This document shows positions 9,487 through 20,173 of a stretch of 64,000 nucleotides of DNA, piece by piece (position 1 is the first letter of the stretch; each line of letters begins with the position of its first letter). The notes under the pieces were generated by a model. The model saw nothing but the letters and a program-made list of their open reading frames with translations, was not told the DNA's origin and did not search any database. Origin of the DNA: a virus (Duplodnaviria > Caudoviricetes); the IMG/VR virus record IMGVR_UViG_2687453622_000001, positions 1-64,000 of that record, one strand, 5' to 3'. The translations under genes were made by a program, and so were the position numbers.

Positions 9487-10683
9487 CTAGTTTGTCATCC
9501 GCTTGTTGACATGAAGCTTCAATTGAGGGCGAGCGAATTCATTACCATCAACAGACACCGAATTATTGCCACCGGTTACCGCCATGAGATTGCCAAATGA
9601 CAATCCATGCAGTTCTTTGGAAGAGAGGCCTGTCTCTTCGGCAATGGTGTTCGTGGAGATGCCCTTGTCTCTGTTTGACCGGACAATGAATTCGAATACT
9701 TGTGACGTTTCAGGCTTGATGCCTTTGGGCTCGCCGGAACGATAGCCACGGGCGCTGAGTGCCGAGCACACTGAGCGATACTCCCAATCGGTGAGACGGC
9801 CTAAAGCATGGGCACGATAAGCTACAGCCATAGCCGCAACCCCAAAATAACGCTTAGCACTGAGAATCTGATCCAACGAAGCATGCGCAGGAACAACCGA
9901 CTTAAAACGACGCTCTGGCATCAGCAGATTCGCAGCGAATTCATGCGCCTCTTTCTCCACATCACGGAGCCTTCGCTCCGATTCGGTCAGCGAAGTGGCG
10001 TGCATGACAAGATGGCCTATCTCATGAGCGATATCGAAGCGTCTACGTTCGGGAGTCTTGGACATGTCGACTGCGATATAAGGGACATTGTCAAAGACAA
10101 AGCTGAATGCATCCACTTCTCTGCCCACATCCGGCATGCTGAACACTCGAATGCCATGGGACTCCGCCAGACTCAACAAACTCGGCAAAGGGTTTTCGCC
10201 AAACCCCCAATCACCACGCAACACCATCGCACATTCCACAGGCGTCGCCGAGATGCCATCCTCAATCGGCAAATCATCTTCAGGCAGTTTGAAATGATCC
10301 GTAATCCAACGGAAGAACAGCAAGGCGTTGCGCCCATGCCCCACTGCGGATTTGCGTTGCTTCACAGTCGATTTGCGCAACGAACGGAACCAGACTTGCT
10401 CGGAAGACAGATCTTCTATGGGTGGTTCATCGGGCAGCACCGAGAAGAACGACGGTCTCACTCCCAAGACCTCAGCCAAAGCATATCCTTTGGAAGAGGG
10501 AGCACCATCCTCCTCATAATTGGCTATGGTGCGCGTGGTGACACCAAGAGATTCAGCGAGTTGGACCTTGCTCAATCCCGCGGTTTCGCGAGCACAGCGG
10601 ATACGATCAGGACTCAGAGTCGGCTGCACCTCATCAGCGTGCTGAAATGGAGACTCCAACCTCACCGTCTTCACCACGCTCAT
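9487..10683 (-). CDS. Xre-HTH plus ImmA/IrrE Zn-metallopeptidase
   Basis: N-terminal HTH (ARETAGLSKVQLAESLGVTTRTIANYE), RFDIAHEIGH, EKEAHEFAANLLMP. Confidence 0.9.
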   Translation of the reverse strand: MSVVKTVRLESPFQHADEVQPTLSPDRIRCARETAGLSKVQLAESLGVTTRTIANYEEDGAPSSKGYALAEVLGVRPSFFSVLPDEPPIEDLSSEQVWFRSLRKSTVKQRKSAVGHGRNALLFFRWITDHFKLPEDDLPIEDGISATPVECAMVLRGDWGFGENPLPSLLSLAESHGIRVFSMPDVGREVDAFSFVFDNVPYIAVDMSKTPERRRFDIAHEIGHLVMHATSLTESERRLRDVEKEAHEFAANLLMPERRFKSVVPAHASLDQILSAKRYFGVAAMAVAYRAHALGRLTDWEYRSVCSALSARGYRSGEPKGIKPETSQVFEFIVRSNRDKGISTNTIAEETGLSSKELHGLSFGNLMAVTGGNNSVSVDGNEFARPQLKLHVNKRMTN

Positions 10684-11317
10684 CGGTACGTTCCTCCACA
10701 GCAACGTCGGTCATGCTGACATCGCCAAGCACGATACGTTTATCCCACCCAGTAATCTTACCGTCATCAGTCGCACCGGATGGCAACGACACTTCAAGAT
10801 GGACCGTATTGCCATCGCGGCAATATACCAAAAACCATAACGTCTGCGGACGAGCCAGTATCTCTTTCTCGACATCGTCAAAGGCCAATTCCACTTGCTG
10901 AGTACCGCCCGCTCTCTGCAACTCCACAATCGTCACGGAACCGACCCGCTTCTTCAAATGGAGTTCCTCACGAATATTTCCCGTGGAATTGGTTCCCTGA
11001 GCAAAGGTAAGACCAAGTCCATCACGACGATAAGCGCGAGGCGCGGTGTGATTGTCAACGGAACGGTTTGCCGTCCAAGCATCATTCTCATCCAACGCAG
11101 CGCGCACCTGCTCCACTAACGTGTGATACAGATTTGAGCCGGGGCCGCTTAGCTGCGTGTGGATATCATCCGACTCCATATAGCTGCGAAGCGCCATTCG
11201 AACCGCATCTCGTATTAGCTGAGGGGGAAAACCGAAAATTCTCTCAAATTCACGATTGGAACTTTCATCGGAGTAGACCCTTGCATTACCAACGAAATCA
11301 GCTTGCACTAAGTCCAT
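10634..11317 (-). CDS. hypothetical protein, partner (candidate toxin) of the IrrE-type gene
   Basis: 227-aa ORF overlapping the IrrE gene start; LWFLVY..LEVSLP..GWDKRIVL; RBS GGAGG. Confidence 0.7.
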   Translation of the reverse strand: MDLVQADFVGNARVYSDESSNREFERIFGFPPQLIRDAVRMALRSYMESDDIHTQLSGPGSNLYHTLVEQVRAALDENDAWTANRSVDNHTAPRAYRRDGLGLTFAQGTNSTGNIREELHLKKRVGSVTIVELQRAGGTQQVELAFDDVEKEILARPQTLWFLVYCRDGNTVHLEVSLPSGATDDGKITGWDKRIVLGDVSMTDVAVEERTDERGEDGEVGVSISAR

Positions 11318-11386
11318 TAGAATCCTCCATCTTTTGTGTTAAACCAGAAATTATCATACACTGTTGACTGAGAGGAGGTGATTGCG

Positions 11387-11500
11387 ATGGCCAAAGGGTC
11401 TAAGACTTCCAAAGGACACTACAAGTCTGCCATTTCGGGGCGTTTCGTTACCTCAAAGTACGGCAAGGAGCATCCGAAGACAACCTACAAGATCAGCTGA
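11387..11500 (+). CDS. 37-aa basic small protein (not in ORF track)
   Basis: Strong RBS AGGAGGTG 6 nt before ATG; MAKGSKTSKGHYKSAISGRFVTSKYGKEHPKTTYKIS. Confidence 0.7.
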   Translation: MAKGSKTSKGHYKSAISGRFVTSKYGKEHPKTTYKIS

Positions 11501-11529
11501 TTCCTTCTATCGCTGACGAAGCGGTGTGT

Positions 11530-12249
11530 TCAACCATTCTTGAGCGCACCGCTTATTTCACGCCTTTTCAACCTGTCAAGTTCATCCGCAACTTTCCTAA
11601 GCTGATTCCACAGTTCGTTGCGTCTGCCGATTTGTCTGGCCTTGGCGTGGGCTGTTTTCAGGCGTTGTTGTTCGGCGCTGAGTTTCATTATCCTCTCTCG
11701 GATGGCGATTCGTTGGTCGACATTCTTAGGTGTTTCGTCATTCAGCGCGGTTTGCGAGCACAGGGAGTCCCAGACCTGTTCCAGATCGGTTCCGGCGATC
11801 CGGATCCCGGACTTGTTCAGGGAATGTGGCTCGCTGACGTACAGTCGCCCCTCATGGATTCCCTCGTTGACGTTGGCATTGCGGAACACGGCGGTCTTGT
11901 AGCCGGTTCCGTCGGGGATGACGTACAGCACTTTGACGGCGTGGTGGGTCATGTCGTCGCGGAAGCGGGCGAATTGCTCCAGCACGGCGGCGGGCAGTCG
12001 CTCGCCTTTGAGTTTCACTTCGATCACGCTGATTTCGCGTACATGCTTGCCGTCGGGGATGCCGGTTTCCTTGGAGCGGATCAGGGCGAGCATGGTCAGG
12101 GATTCGATGTCGTCGATGAACTGGCGCTTCAACCGGACGGTGATTTCGAGCCCTTGGTAGAACGCCTCCTTGGGCAATCGGCCCTTGTTGGCGGGTACGG
12201 CGGTGATGCTGGGCAATCCGAGCATGGTTGCGGTGAGGCTTGCGGGCAC
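11530..12249 (-). CDS. DUF4391-like protein associated with type III R-M loci
   Basis: RLPKEAFY..LKRQFIDDIESL, EISVIEVKLK, C-terminal coiled coil; lies between helicase and mod. Confidence 0.75.
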   Translation of the reverse strand: MPASLTATMLGLPSITAVPANKGRLPKEAFYQGLEITVRLKRQFIDDIESLTMLALIRSKETGIPDGKHVREISVIEVKLKGERLPAAVLEQFARFRDDMTHHAVKVLYVIPDGTGYKTAVFRNANVNEGIHEGRLYVSEPHSLNKSGIRIAGTDLEQVWDSLCSQTALNDETPKNVDQRIAIRERIMKLSAEQQRLKTAHAKARQIGRRNELWNQLRKVADELDRLKRREISGALKNG

Positions 12250-12252
12250 GGT

Positions 12253-14312
12253 TTACGCCTCCTTGCCTTGGACCACGAGGAAGCAGACGAGCTCGAAGTC
12301 GTCCAATCCCTGCACGCCGGGGTCGAGGAAGGTGCTCAGCCCGTTGCCGAAAAGGCTGTCCACCGCCGACCGCTCGTCCTGCTGGACGATGCTGCCCACT
12401 GCCGCCTCCAGCATTGCGGAGGCGTGGCGCATGTCCTTGCCGTTGCGCGTGGCCTTGTTGTACGCGGCGCACAGCTTCGGATCGTATTCGCTTCTGCCCT
12501 TGCACAGGGAGCGCATCAGGTTGAGGCACGCCTTGGGCTCCAGATGCCCGTACTCCACCTGCCCGTCGTCTCTCACGTACACGAGGTAGTAGGGGTGAAT
12601 CTGGTTTTTGCCGCCGATGTTGACGGCGTTGTTCACGTTCCTCAATACGAACAGGATGCCGGGATCCGTTCCCTGCACGATGGCGTTGATGCCGGTGGGC
12701 ACGTGCTTGATGTCGGGATTCTTCTTGTGGTATTCGACCAGGTCCATGCGGAATTCGTTGAGGCCGAGGTCGGTGATGCTGATGCCGCCTTCCACATCCT
12801 CCAGGTCGGGGATCTCGGTCTGCATCTGTTTGAGCTGCTTCTCGCGGTAGGCAAGGTCGCCGTGCTCATTCTCGTTGATGTAGTCGTCATCGCCCGTGGA
12901 GGTCATGACCGTCAGGCGCATGCGGGCCTCCACACGGTCCTTGAGACGAAGGTACTTGTCGAGGTCCATGTCGGGCCAGTAGTTGACCAGTTGGATGCGC
13001 TGGTTCGTGGAGCCGATGCGGTCCACGCGGCCGAAGCGCTGCACGATGCGCACGGGATTCCAGTGGATGTCGTAGTTGACCATCATGTCACAGTCCTGAA
13101 GGTTCTGGCCCTCGCTGATGCAATCCGTGGCGATCAGGATGTCGATGTCGCAATCACTTAATCCAGGGTCGGTGACGCCGCGTTCCTTGGATTCGGGGCT
13201 GAAACAGGCGAGGATGTCGCCCATGTCGCCGCCGACCTTTTTGACTGTGCACCGTCCGGGCCGGGAGCCGGTCACCTCCGCCGTCTCAAGGCCGAGGGGC
13301 TGGGCGTATTCGCTGACATGCTCGTACAGATAGTCGGCGGTATCGGCGAACGCGGTGAACACGAGGATCCTACGGTTGCCCTCGTTGATCGGACGCTCCT
13401 GCTTGTCCCTGATGGTTTGGTACAGGCGTTGGAGCTTGGCGTCATGCTCGGGGTCGATGTCCCGGATCATGGCGAGTAGCCCTTCGATGACCCGCATGTC
13501 GGCTTGGATATAGGAGCGCCAGCTCTTCCAGTCCATATCCGAGAGAGCGAACTGGGTCTTGCCCTGGGTGGTGAACTCGATCTCCTCCGCATCGTCCCGG
13601 TCGAGGTCGAACCCCTCGTCGAACACGTCGGCGTCGATACGGTCGAACATGCCCAAACTCTTATGCTCGGCCCGATGCTGCTCGTATTTGTCGATCACCT
13701 TCACGGTGTCATCCATGTACCCGTAGACCCGCTTCAACGTGACGCGGAAGGAGTGCACGCTGCTCTCGAAACGCTTCAGAAGATTGGTGGCCATGAGCTT
13801 GCGAACGCCAGTCTCGCGACCGCGCGTGGTCAACCCCTCGATCTCGTCCATATCGAAGTATTTGGCAGTCTTTGACGGCTGGAGAATTCGGATGGCGTGT
13901 ACAGGGCCAGCTTCAACTTTTCCAACTCATCATAGATTTGGTCGTAGGAAACTGATTCCGGTCGGGTGGATAGTTTCGGCCGTATGTCTGGGGCTTCATG
14001 CGTTCGGGGAAGTTGCCGATCGCGTTCATGTCGTAATACACGTTTGACGTGTCTGCGGCTGCGGGCTACGGTCACCTGGTCGAGGACCTTGAAGAAATCG
14101 AAGTCCAGCCGATCCATCAGATTCTTGGTGGTGCGCTCCTCCGGATCGAGCTTCGACCACGCGCCATATGCCTTCTGCGCGTTGCGGAACACGGTGTCGA
14201 TGTCCGTCGTAAGACCGAGCTTCTTCGTCCAATCGTCGTCATTGCCCTCGTAAGCCAAGGCAAGCTGGTTCTGCAAATCACGGAACCGGTTGTTCACCGG
14301 GGTCGCGGACAC
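12253..14312 (-). pseudogene. SNF2-family helicase, 5'-truncated and frameshifted
   Basis: SATPVNN motif III, ILVFTAFADTA, ATDCISEGQNLQ, QRFGRVDRIG; frames shift between 13850 and 14050; N-terminus replaced by sortase DNA. Confidence 0.85.
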
Positions 14313-15018
14313 CTTCTCGGGGACCTGTACAGCGGGGGAGACAAAGGAGTACCGTGGGCTGCTCGACGCGGACGGCAGGGGCACAATGGGGGCGGTCCGC
14401 TATCCGAGGCTGCACATCAGCCTGCCGGTGCGCCACGGCACGGACGCCGCCACGCTGGAGAAGTCGGCGGGGCACCTCTACGGGACGTCGCTGCCGGTGG
14501 GGGACGAATCCACGCACGCGGTCGTCGCGGCCCACCGGGGTCTGGCGGACAGGCTGATGTTCACGAACCTCGGGCTCGCCAAGAAAGGCGACCTGTTCGA
14601 GATCGACGTGCAGGGGGAGCGGCTGCGTTACAAGGTGACGGACATCAGGGTCAACGGGCCGGACGACGTGAAGCCGCTCGCCGTCGAGAAGGGACGGGAC
14701 CTCGTGACCCTCTACACCTGCACGCCATACGGGGTGAACACGCAGAGGCTCCTCGTCACCGGCGAGCGCACGGATGCGCCTTCGGGCGGCGACCCCGGTC
14801 CGGTGGAGCGGCTGCCCGACTGGCTGGTGCCGCTGTGGGGTCTGCTGGGGGTGTTGGTCGGCGGGACCGTCAGAGGACCGAAGAGACGACCGGGAAGGCA
14901 CGCCAAAAGCCACCCCTATGCAACGGACATCTTCGAGAGGTTCATCCAGCACATACTGGACCAAGTAGCCAACGACAGCCTCTCTGAAGAGTCAGCTCTG
15001 GAGACAGGTTACTTCTGA
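14313..15018 (+). pseudogene. class C sortase fragment lacking its N-terminus, with an unrelated 3' tail
   Basis: GHLYGTSLPVG, HAVVAAHRG, LVTLYTCTPYGVNTQRLLVTGER. Confidence 0.8.
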
Positions 15019-15047
15019 CGGATGCCTTGGCTTGCACAGGCTAAGGC

Positions 15048-15269
15048 ATGACAAGCCATATCGAGGAGCCGCCGTTGCGCGACAAACTGACCCTGACCGT
15101 GCCCGAGGCCGGGGCGCTCTCCGGCATACCCGCGAGGGTGGTGAGGGCCGCCGTGCTCAACGGTGACATGCCCGCCTGCTACGCGGGCTCCACGACCATG
15201 CGCATCCGCCGCACCGATCTGGACGAGTGGGTGGCGAACCTGCCGGTTGACCCGCCGACGCCGAAGTGA
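15048..15269 (+). CDS. excisionase-like HTH protein
   Basis: LTVPEAGALSGI...GDMPA...MRIRRTDLDEWV; convergent with integrase. Confidence 0.8.
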   Translation: MTSHIEEPPLRDKLTLTVPEAGALSGIPARVVRAAVLNGDMPACYAGSTTMRIRRTDLDEWVANLPVDPPTPK

Positions 15270-15290
15270 CTGGGGGATAGGCGATACACA

Positions 15291-15327
15291 AAAGGGACCG
15301 ACCCGTTGACCTACGGGCCGGTCCTTT
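15291..15327. terminator. bidirectional hairpin between convergent xis and int
   Basis: AAAGGGACCGACCCGT-TGACCT-ACGGGCCGGTCCTTT. Confidence 0.6.
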
Positions 15328-15338
15328 ATATATAAGGA

Positions 15339-16525
15339 CTAATCGGTCAGCCTCAGCGCACCGGTCGCGCCCTCGCTGGCCTTCAGCAAAGCCTCGGTGT
15401 CCGCGTGCAGGTACACGTTGTCCATCGCGGCGTCGCTGTGGCCCATCAGCGCGAGCCGGGCGCTCTCCGGCACGCCGGCGTTGGCGAAGAGCGTGTCCGC
15501 CGTGTGCCTCGCGGAGTGCGGCCTGAGCCTGACGCCATCCTCGCCGTTCACTATGCCGATTCGCAACAGCGCCTTGTCCCAGTGGAAGTACTCGATTCGC
15601 CTGTCGATGGGCGTGCCACGGCCGGTGACGAACAGCATGGGGGAGTCCACGCCTTTTTGCCTGCGTATGGCGAGCCATTCGTCCAGCGCCCCGCACATCA
15701 CATCGTCCAAGACCACGATTCTCTCGCCGCTGTCCGTCTTGGGCGGACACAGCCAGAAGCCGTTGCCCAGATCGGTCACGTCCTCGCCCAGAGGCCAGTC
15801 CGCCTTCCTTGAGTCCGGGATTCGCTGCAACTGGTGGTCGATCACCAAGGCGCGTCTGCCGTTCAGCGTCGTCAGCTCGTCCATCGTCAGTCCGAGCCGT
15901 TCGCCCTGCCTCAGTGTCCGGTGGCGAAGGCGAGCAGCCAGTTGAGACGCCACATCGGGTCGGGTTCGTTCCTTATCAGCTCCGCCGCCTGCGCGGGGGA
16001 CAGGACCTTCATCGGCCTGCGCCTGCCCGACACCGGGCGGACCATCTTGGCCGGATTCGTTCGTATGAGGTTTTCGTCACGCGCGGCCTCAAGCGCGTTC
16101 TTCAGGACGGACCAAGTGATCGTGGCCGTCTTCGGGCTGTAGCACTTCAGGCCGTCCTGAATGGCGGCCATGTCCTTGTGGCCCAGCGAGCTGATGCGCC
16201 TCGCGCCGGCTATCTTGTTCAGCCGCACGATGGCGTTCTCGTAGCTTCGCCTGCTGTTCGGACGCAGGTTGGCCTCGGCCCGCTCGTGGTACCAAGTCTC
16301 TAGCCAGTCCATGAGGCGCGGCGACGGCGAGTTCGGCGTGAAGCCCTTGCGCACGTATGCGTCCAGCTTCATCCTGAGCCTCGCGTTCGCCACCGCCTTG
16401 GTCTTGCCTTGGGCCGTGAGCCGCCTCCTGCGCCCGGTGGCCCTGTCGGGCTCTATGTCTATCGCGGCGTGCCAGATTCCATCGGCGCTTCTGTATGTCG
16501 AGCCGCCGCCACCCATTGCCATCAT
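15339..16525 (-). pseudogene. tyrosine integrase with one frameshift near 15912
   Basis: N-part WLETWY..NLRPNS..LAFATG continues as LRQGERLGL, PKTDSG, PHSARHT, LMGHS, VYLH in another frame. Confidence 0.85.
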
Positions 16526-16543
16526 TGGTCTCCCATCGTGTGG

Positions 16544-16567
16544 AATGCGTAGCCAAATGCGTAGCCA
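16544..16567. repeat. tandem 12-bp arm-type repeat AATGCGTAGCCA x2
   Basis: Perfect tandem copies upstream of the minus-strand integrase. Confidence 0.7.
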
Positions 16568-16651
16568 CAACGGGCCACCCAGAGGCATCCACAGTTACCT
16601 GTGCGAAATGAAGACCGTTGGAATTAAGCCGTTTCTAAGATTCCCGAATAG

Positions 16652-16679
16652 TTAGCCGATAATGTACGTTATGTCAGAT
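16652..16679 (+). other. dif-like (XerC/XerD) recombination site
   Basis: TTAGCCGATAA-TGTACG-TTATGTCAGAT: 11-6-11 layout with ATAA/TTAT inner ends as in E. coli dif. Confidence 0.75.
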
Positions 16680-16809
16680 TAGGTTTTCGGAAGAAACCGG
16701 GAAGTGGCCGAAATCAGCGGAAAACGGCGGGATAACGCCGTTCTTCGTGCGCGCGTCATGGAAGGACGGCACTCCCGTTTACGGCTATATCCGGCTATTT
16801 TCGGCTGGA

Positions 16810-16831
16810 ATAGGCACACGATAGGCACACG
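16810..16831. repeat. tandem 11-bp arm-type repeat ATAGGCACACG x2
   Basis: Perfect tandem copies upstream of the plus-strand integrase. Confidence 0.7.
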
Positions 16832-16916
16832 TTCGGCATACGCGCCACGCCGACCGGACCGGGCCGATACGCATACCGGGGGTTGTCATCACACGACGAA
16901 CCCGGAAGGCGACGAC

Positions 16917-18122
16917 ATGGCGGACACAGGCAGACACGCGACAAGACGAGACAAGGGAGCCGGCGCGATCACGAAACTCGGCAACGGCAGATACCGGGCG
17001 TTCGTCGAACTCTCCCCCGACCCGGCCGACGGCTCCAGACGACGCACCAGCGCCACCGGCCACACCCGGACCGAAGCCCTGAACAACGCCCGCGCCAAAG
17101 CCCGCCGCATCGAGGAGGACATCACCCTGGTGGACGAACCGCCCACCGTGAACGAATGGATGCGACGCTGGATCGACGAGATCGTGACCCCCAGACGCGC
17201 ACCCAACACGACCCGGTCATACCGGTTCCGCATCGAACACGACATCACCCCCGTCATCGGCGCCGTACGCATGGACAGGCTCAAACCCGCCCACATACGC
17301 CTCGTCGAACGCCACTGCCTCGAAGGAAACCCCGCGAAAGGCATCCAGGGCAAATCCCCCGCCACGGCCGCCCTGACCCACACCGTCCTGTCCGAGGCAT
17401 GCAAGGCCGCCGTCGCCGAAGGCATCATCCGCAGCAACCCCGTGGACGCGGTCGAGAAGAACCGGGTGCCGCCCGCCCAAATCGCCACCCTCACCCCCGG
17501 ACAGGCCGCCATGCTCATCCACGCCGAAACCGACCCGCGATGGAGCATCATCTGGCGGCTCCTGTTCATCACCGCACTGCGCGAAGGCGAAGCCCTGGGC
17601 GTCACGCGCAACGAGATCGTCCGCTCCGACGGACTGCCATGCCTGCTCGTCGAATGGCAGCTCAAGGAATTCGACGGCATCACGGACATGCCCGCCGGCT
17701 TCGAGGCCCGCCGGCTCGACGGCCGCACATGGCTCACCAGACCCAAGACCAGATCCGGACGCCGGCTCATCCCCCTGCCCGCCGACCTCGCCGCCGACCT
17801 CGCCGCCTATACGGCCGACCATCCCGACATCGACCCGGACACCCCATTGTTCCGCTCCGGCCGAGGCAACCCCATCCGCAAGGAAACACTCCAGAACGCA
17901 TGGCGAAAAGCGTTGGAACGGGTGGGACTGCCCCGCGTGCGCGTCCACTCCGCACGCCACACGGCGGCCACCGCCATGGCGCGCATCGGCGTCTCCGACC
18001 TCGCCCGCCGTGCCATCATCGGCCACGCCGACATCGGCACCACGAACGCCATCTACACGCACGTGGACGCCGGCATGCTCGCCGGAGCCATCGACGGCGT
18101 GGAACGCCTCATCGAAGGATAA
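16917..18122 (+). CDS. tyrosine integrase, intact
   Basis: ALREGEALG, PKTRSG, VHSARHT, IGHADIGTTNAIY; RBS GGAAGG. Confidence 0.92.
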   Translation: MADTGRHATRRDKGAGAITKLGNGRYRAFVELSPDPADGSRRRTSATGHTRTEALNNARAKARRIEEDITLVDEPPTVNEWMRRWIDEIVTPRRAPNTTRSYRFRIEHDITPVIGAVRMDRLKPAHIRLVERHCLEGNPAKGIQGKSPATAALTHTVLSEACKAAVAEGIIRSNPVDAVEKNRVPPAQIATLTPGQAAMLIHAETDPRWSIIWRLLFITALREGEALGVTRNEIVRSDGLPCLLVEWQLKEFDGITDMPAGFEARRLDGRTWLTRPKTRSGRRLIPLPADLAADLAAYTADHPDIDPDTPLFRSGRGNPIRKETLQNAWRKALERVGLPRVRVHSARHTAATAMARIGVSDLARRAIIGHADIGTTNAIYTHVDAGMLAGAIDGVERLIEG

Positions 18123-18482
18123 TCAGTCGATCACCGCGAGATCGACGAGCCCGTCGCCCGTGGACACGGCCGCGCCCCTCAGATCCGCGTACCCGGATGC
18201 GACGCACCCGTCCATGACCCGTTCGAGCAGCGCATGCAGGACGCCGTCCAGTTCGGAGGCATCCTGCGGGCACAGGACGGGAACCTTCACGTCGAACGGT
18301 TTCACATACGCGGAATGGACCATCAGGTCGATCCGCTCCACCGCGTCGCAGCCCCTCCTCACATCCACCGTCAACGGAATCAGGTTGCCGTCCTTGTCGG
18401 TCACATCCCAGCGCAGCGAACCAAGATACCTTGCCCAATCCCAATCGTCCCGCAGCACGGCCATGATATAACGCTCCCTCAT
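18123..18482 (-). CDS. hypothetical protein
   Basis: 119-aa ORF abutting the integrase stop. Confidence 0.55.
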   Translation of the reverse strand: MRERYIMAVLRDDWDWARYLGSLRWDVTDKDGNLIPLTVDVRRGCDAVERIDLMVHSAYVKPFDVKVPVLCPQDASELDGVLHALLERVMDGCVASGYADLRGAAVSTGDGLVDLAVID

Positions 18483-18529
18483 ATCGTCCCGATATCATCG
18501 ACGCCGGCATGCATGCGTCCCCGGCGATA

Positions 18530-19765
18530 TCAGAACAGCACCGGGTTCGTCGGCCTCGCCATCCGGCGGGCTATGAGCCGCACGTAATCCGGATCCATCT
18601 CCGCCGCCACGCACCGCACGTCCTCGATCCGGCACGCCTCCAACGTGGCGCCGCTGCCGGCGAACGGCTCCAACACGAGCCCGTCCGGCGGCGTGACCAG
18701 ACGCACCAGCCAGCGCATCAGTTCCACCGGTTTCACCGTCGGATGGCGGATCCCGTCCACGGTCGGCCTCTCCCCCGGTCCCGCCTTCGGACAATACCGG
18801 AACACCGGGTAGAAGCGGGACGCGCCGCCGGCATCATCGTATTCCGCACCCGTATGGGTCATGCCCCAGCCGTCACCGGGTTTCGCGCTCGCGCGTGGCT
18901 TGCCTTTTCGACTGACCGTGACGCCGGACTGCCGGTCGAGTTCCCTGGCCGCGGATCGGTCGAACAGCATGTTCGGCGCGAAACGGGCTTCGGCCGTGTA
19001 GTCGGCGCGATCCGCCTTGTCCGCACCGTATACATGGTTGTCGCGCGGCCCGGAGCCGAACCGTCCATGCCGGTTCTTGCCCTTCGACTCCGCCTCGTCC
19101 GCCATGTTGCGGAACGGGACGCGGCATGCGTCGACATGCAACGCGCCCGTCCCGTATTCGAGCAGATTGCGGGCGAGATTCCCGTCCAGGGGCTTGCGTG
19201 CGAGGCAGATGGGTTCGTGCGCGGGCTTCAGCTGACTGTACCAGCCGGACCATCGCTCCGCCTGTTCGGTGGCGGGCGCGAGCACATCCCATTCGGATTT
19301 CGCCTTCCCGCCGTTCGCCGTGCTGCTTCCCCAGCCTTTCACGTCCGAATATCCGACGCCCGCGGAACCATGCCCGACCACCTTGGTCCGTTCCGCGCCC
19401 AGCTCCCTGTCCACGAGCAGGCTCGCATCCGACCCGTGCGGCATGCCGGACGCGTACACCCAGTCGATCTGGTCGCGGATTTCGAAGCCCGCATCCTCGA
19501 TCGCGCAGGCGAGCCGATGATAGGTGCGGCTCGCGGCGAACGCGGCCACATGCCCTCCCGGCTTCAGAACGCGCAGGACATCCCGCCACAGATCCACGTC
19601 GAACGCGACGCCCGTCGAATCGAACGCACGGTTCATGAAACCGATCTCGTACGGCGGGTCCGTGACCACCGCATCCACACTGTCGTCCGGCAGCATGGCG
19701 ATGAGGTCGCGGCAGTCGCCCGGCATCAGACGGATGCGGCCCCCGTCCCATTGCATAAGACTCAT
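18530..19765 (-). CDS. orphan N6A/N4C DNA methyltransferase (beta class)
   Basis: VTDPPY before HPTVKPVELM and VLEPFAGSG; no cognate nuclease nearby. Confidence 0.9.
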   Translation of the reverse strand: MSLMQWDGGRIRLMPGDCRDLIAMLPDDSVDAVVTDPPYEIGFMNRAFDSTGVAFDVDLWRDVLRVLKPGGHVAAFAASRTYHRLACAIEDAGFEIRDQIDWVYASGMPHGSDASLLVDRELGAERTKVVGHGSAGVGYSDVKGWGSSTANGGKAKSEWDVLAPATEQAERWSGWYSQLKPAHEPICLARKPLDGNLARNLLEYGTGALHVDACRVPFRNMADEAESKGKNRHGRFGSGPRDNHVYGADKADRADYTAEARFAPNMLFDRSAARELDRQSGVTVSRKGKPRASAKPGDGWGMTHTGAEYDDAGGASRFYPVFRYCPKAGPGERPTVDGIRHPTVKPVELMRWLVRLVTPPDGLVLEPFAGSGATLEACRIEDVRCVAAEMDPDYVRLIARRMARPTNPVLF

Positions 19766-20091
19766 GGCTCCACGTATGCGTTCCCGCCATGCAGGCGCGC
19801 GCCGGGCATGAGCGCGCGGGGACGCGCATCCACGTAGGCGAGCCGACGGCTGTCGCCCGGATAGGTGCGCACGTTGCCTCCCCCATCCCGGGTCTCGTAA
19901 TAGACGACCGTCACCGGCATGCCGTTCAGGCTCGCATCATCCCAGCCGACCACCCTGACCGGCATGCCGCCCGGCCCGTAGCCGCCCGACAGGAGAAGCC
20001 TTTCCAACAGCCTCTCCCCCATATCGCGTCTCGAAACAACCATGGGAAACGGTATGCGCCACCCGGCTCCATGCAAATCCGAAGCCCCCAC
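19762..20091 (-). CDS. hypothetical protein
   Basis: ORF overlapping the methyltransferase start; start uncertain. Confidence 0.4.
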   Translation of the reverse strand: MGASDLHGAGWRIPFPMVVSRRDMGERLLERLLLSGGYGPGGMPVRVVGWDDASLNGMPVTVVYYETRDGGGNVRTYPGDSRRLAYVDARPRALMPGARLHGGNAYVEP

Positions 20092-20173
20092 GTTGGCCGG
20101 TCATCCGGCGAAAACGAGCCGCCACGGGGCCGGTCCCGAACCGGACGATCATCCCATCCGGACGATGTACGGC

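Noticed and set aside
11524-13161. 545-aa plus-strand ORF
   Set aside because: Antisense to DUF4391 and helicase genes
16356-16366. Extra GACGCAT(A/G) matches inside CDSs (e.g. 221, 16356, 24827) and at 44786
   Set aside because: Explained by Asp-Ala-Tyr/Trp or Thr-His-Ala codons, or by RBS plus ATG; not counted as motif sites
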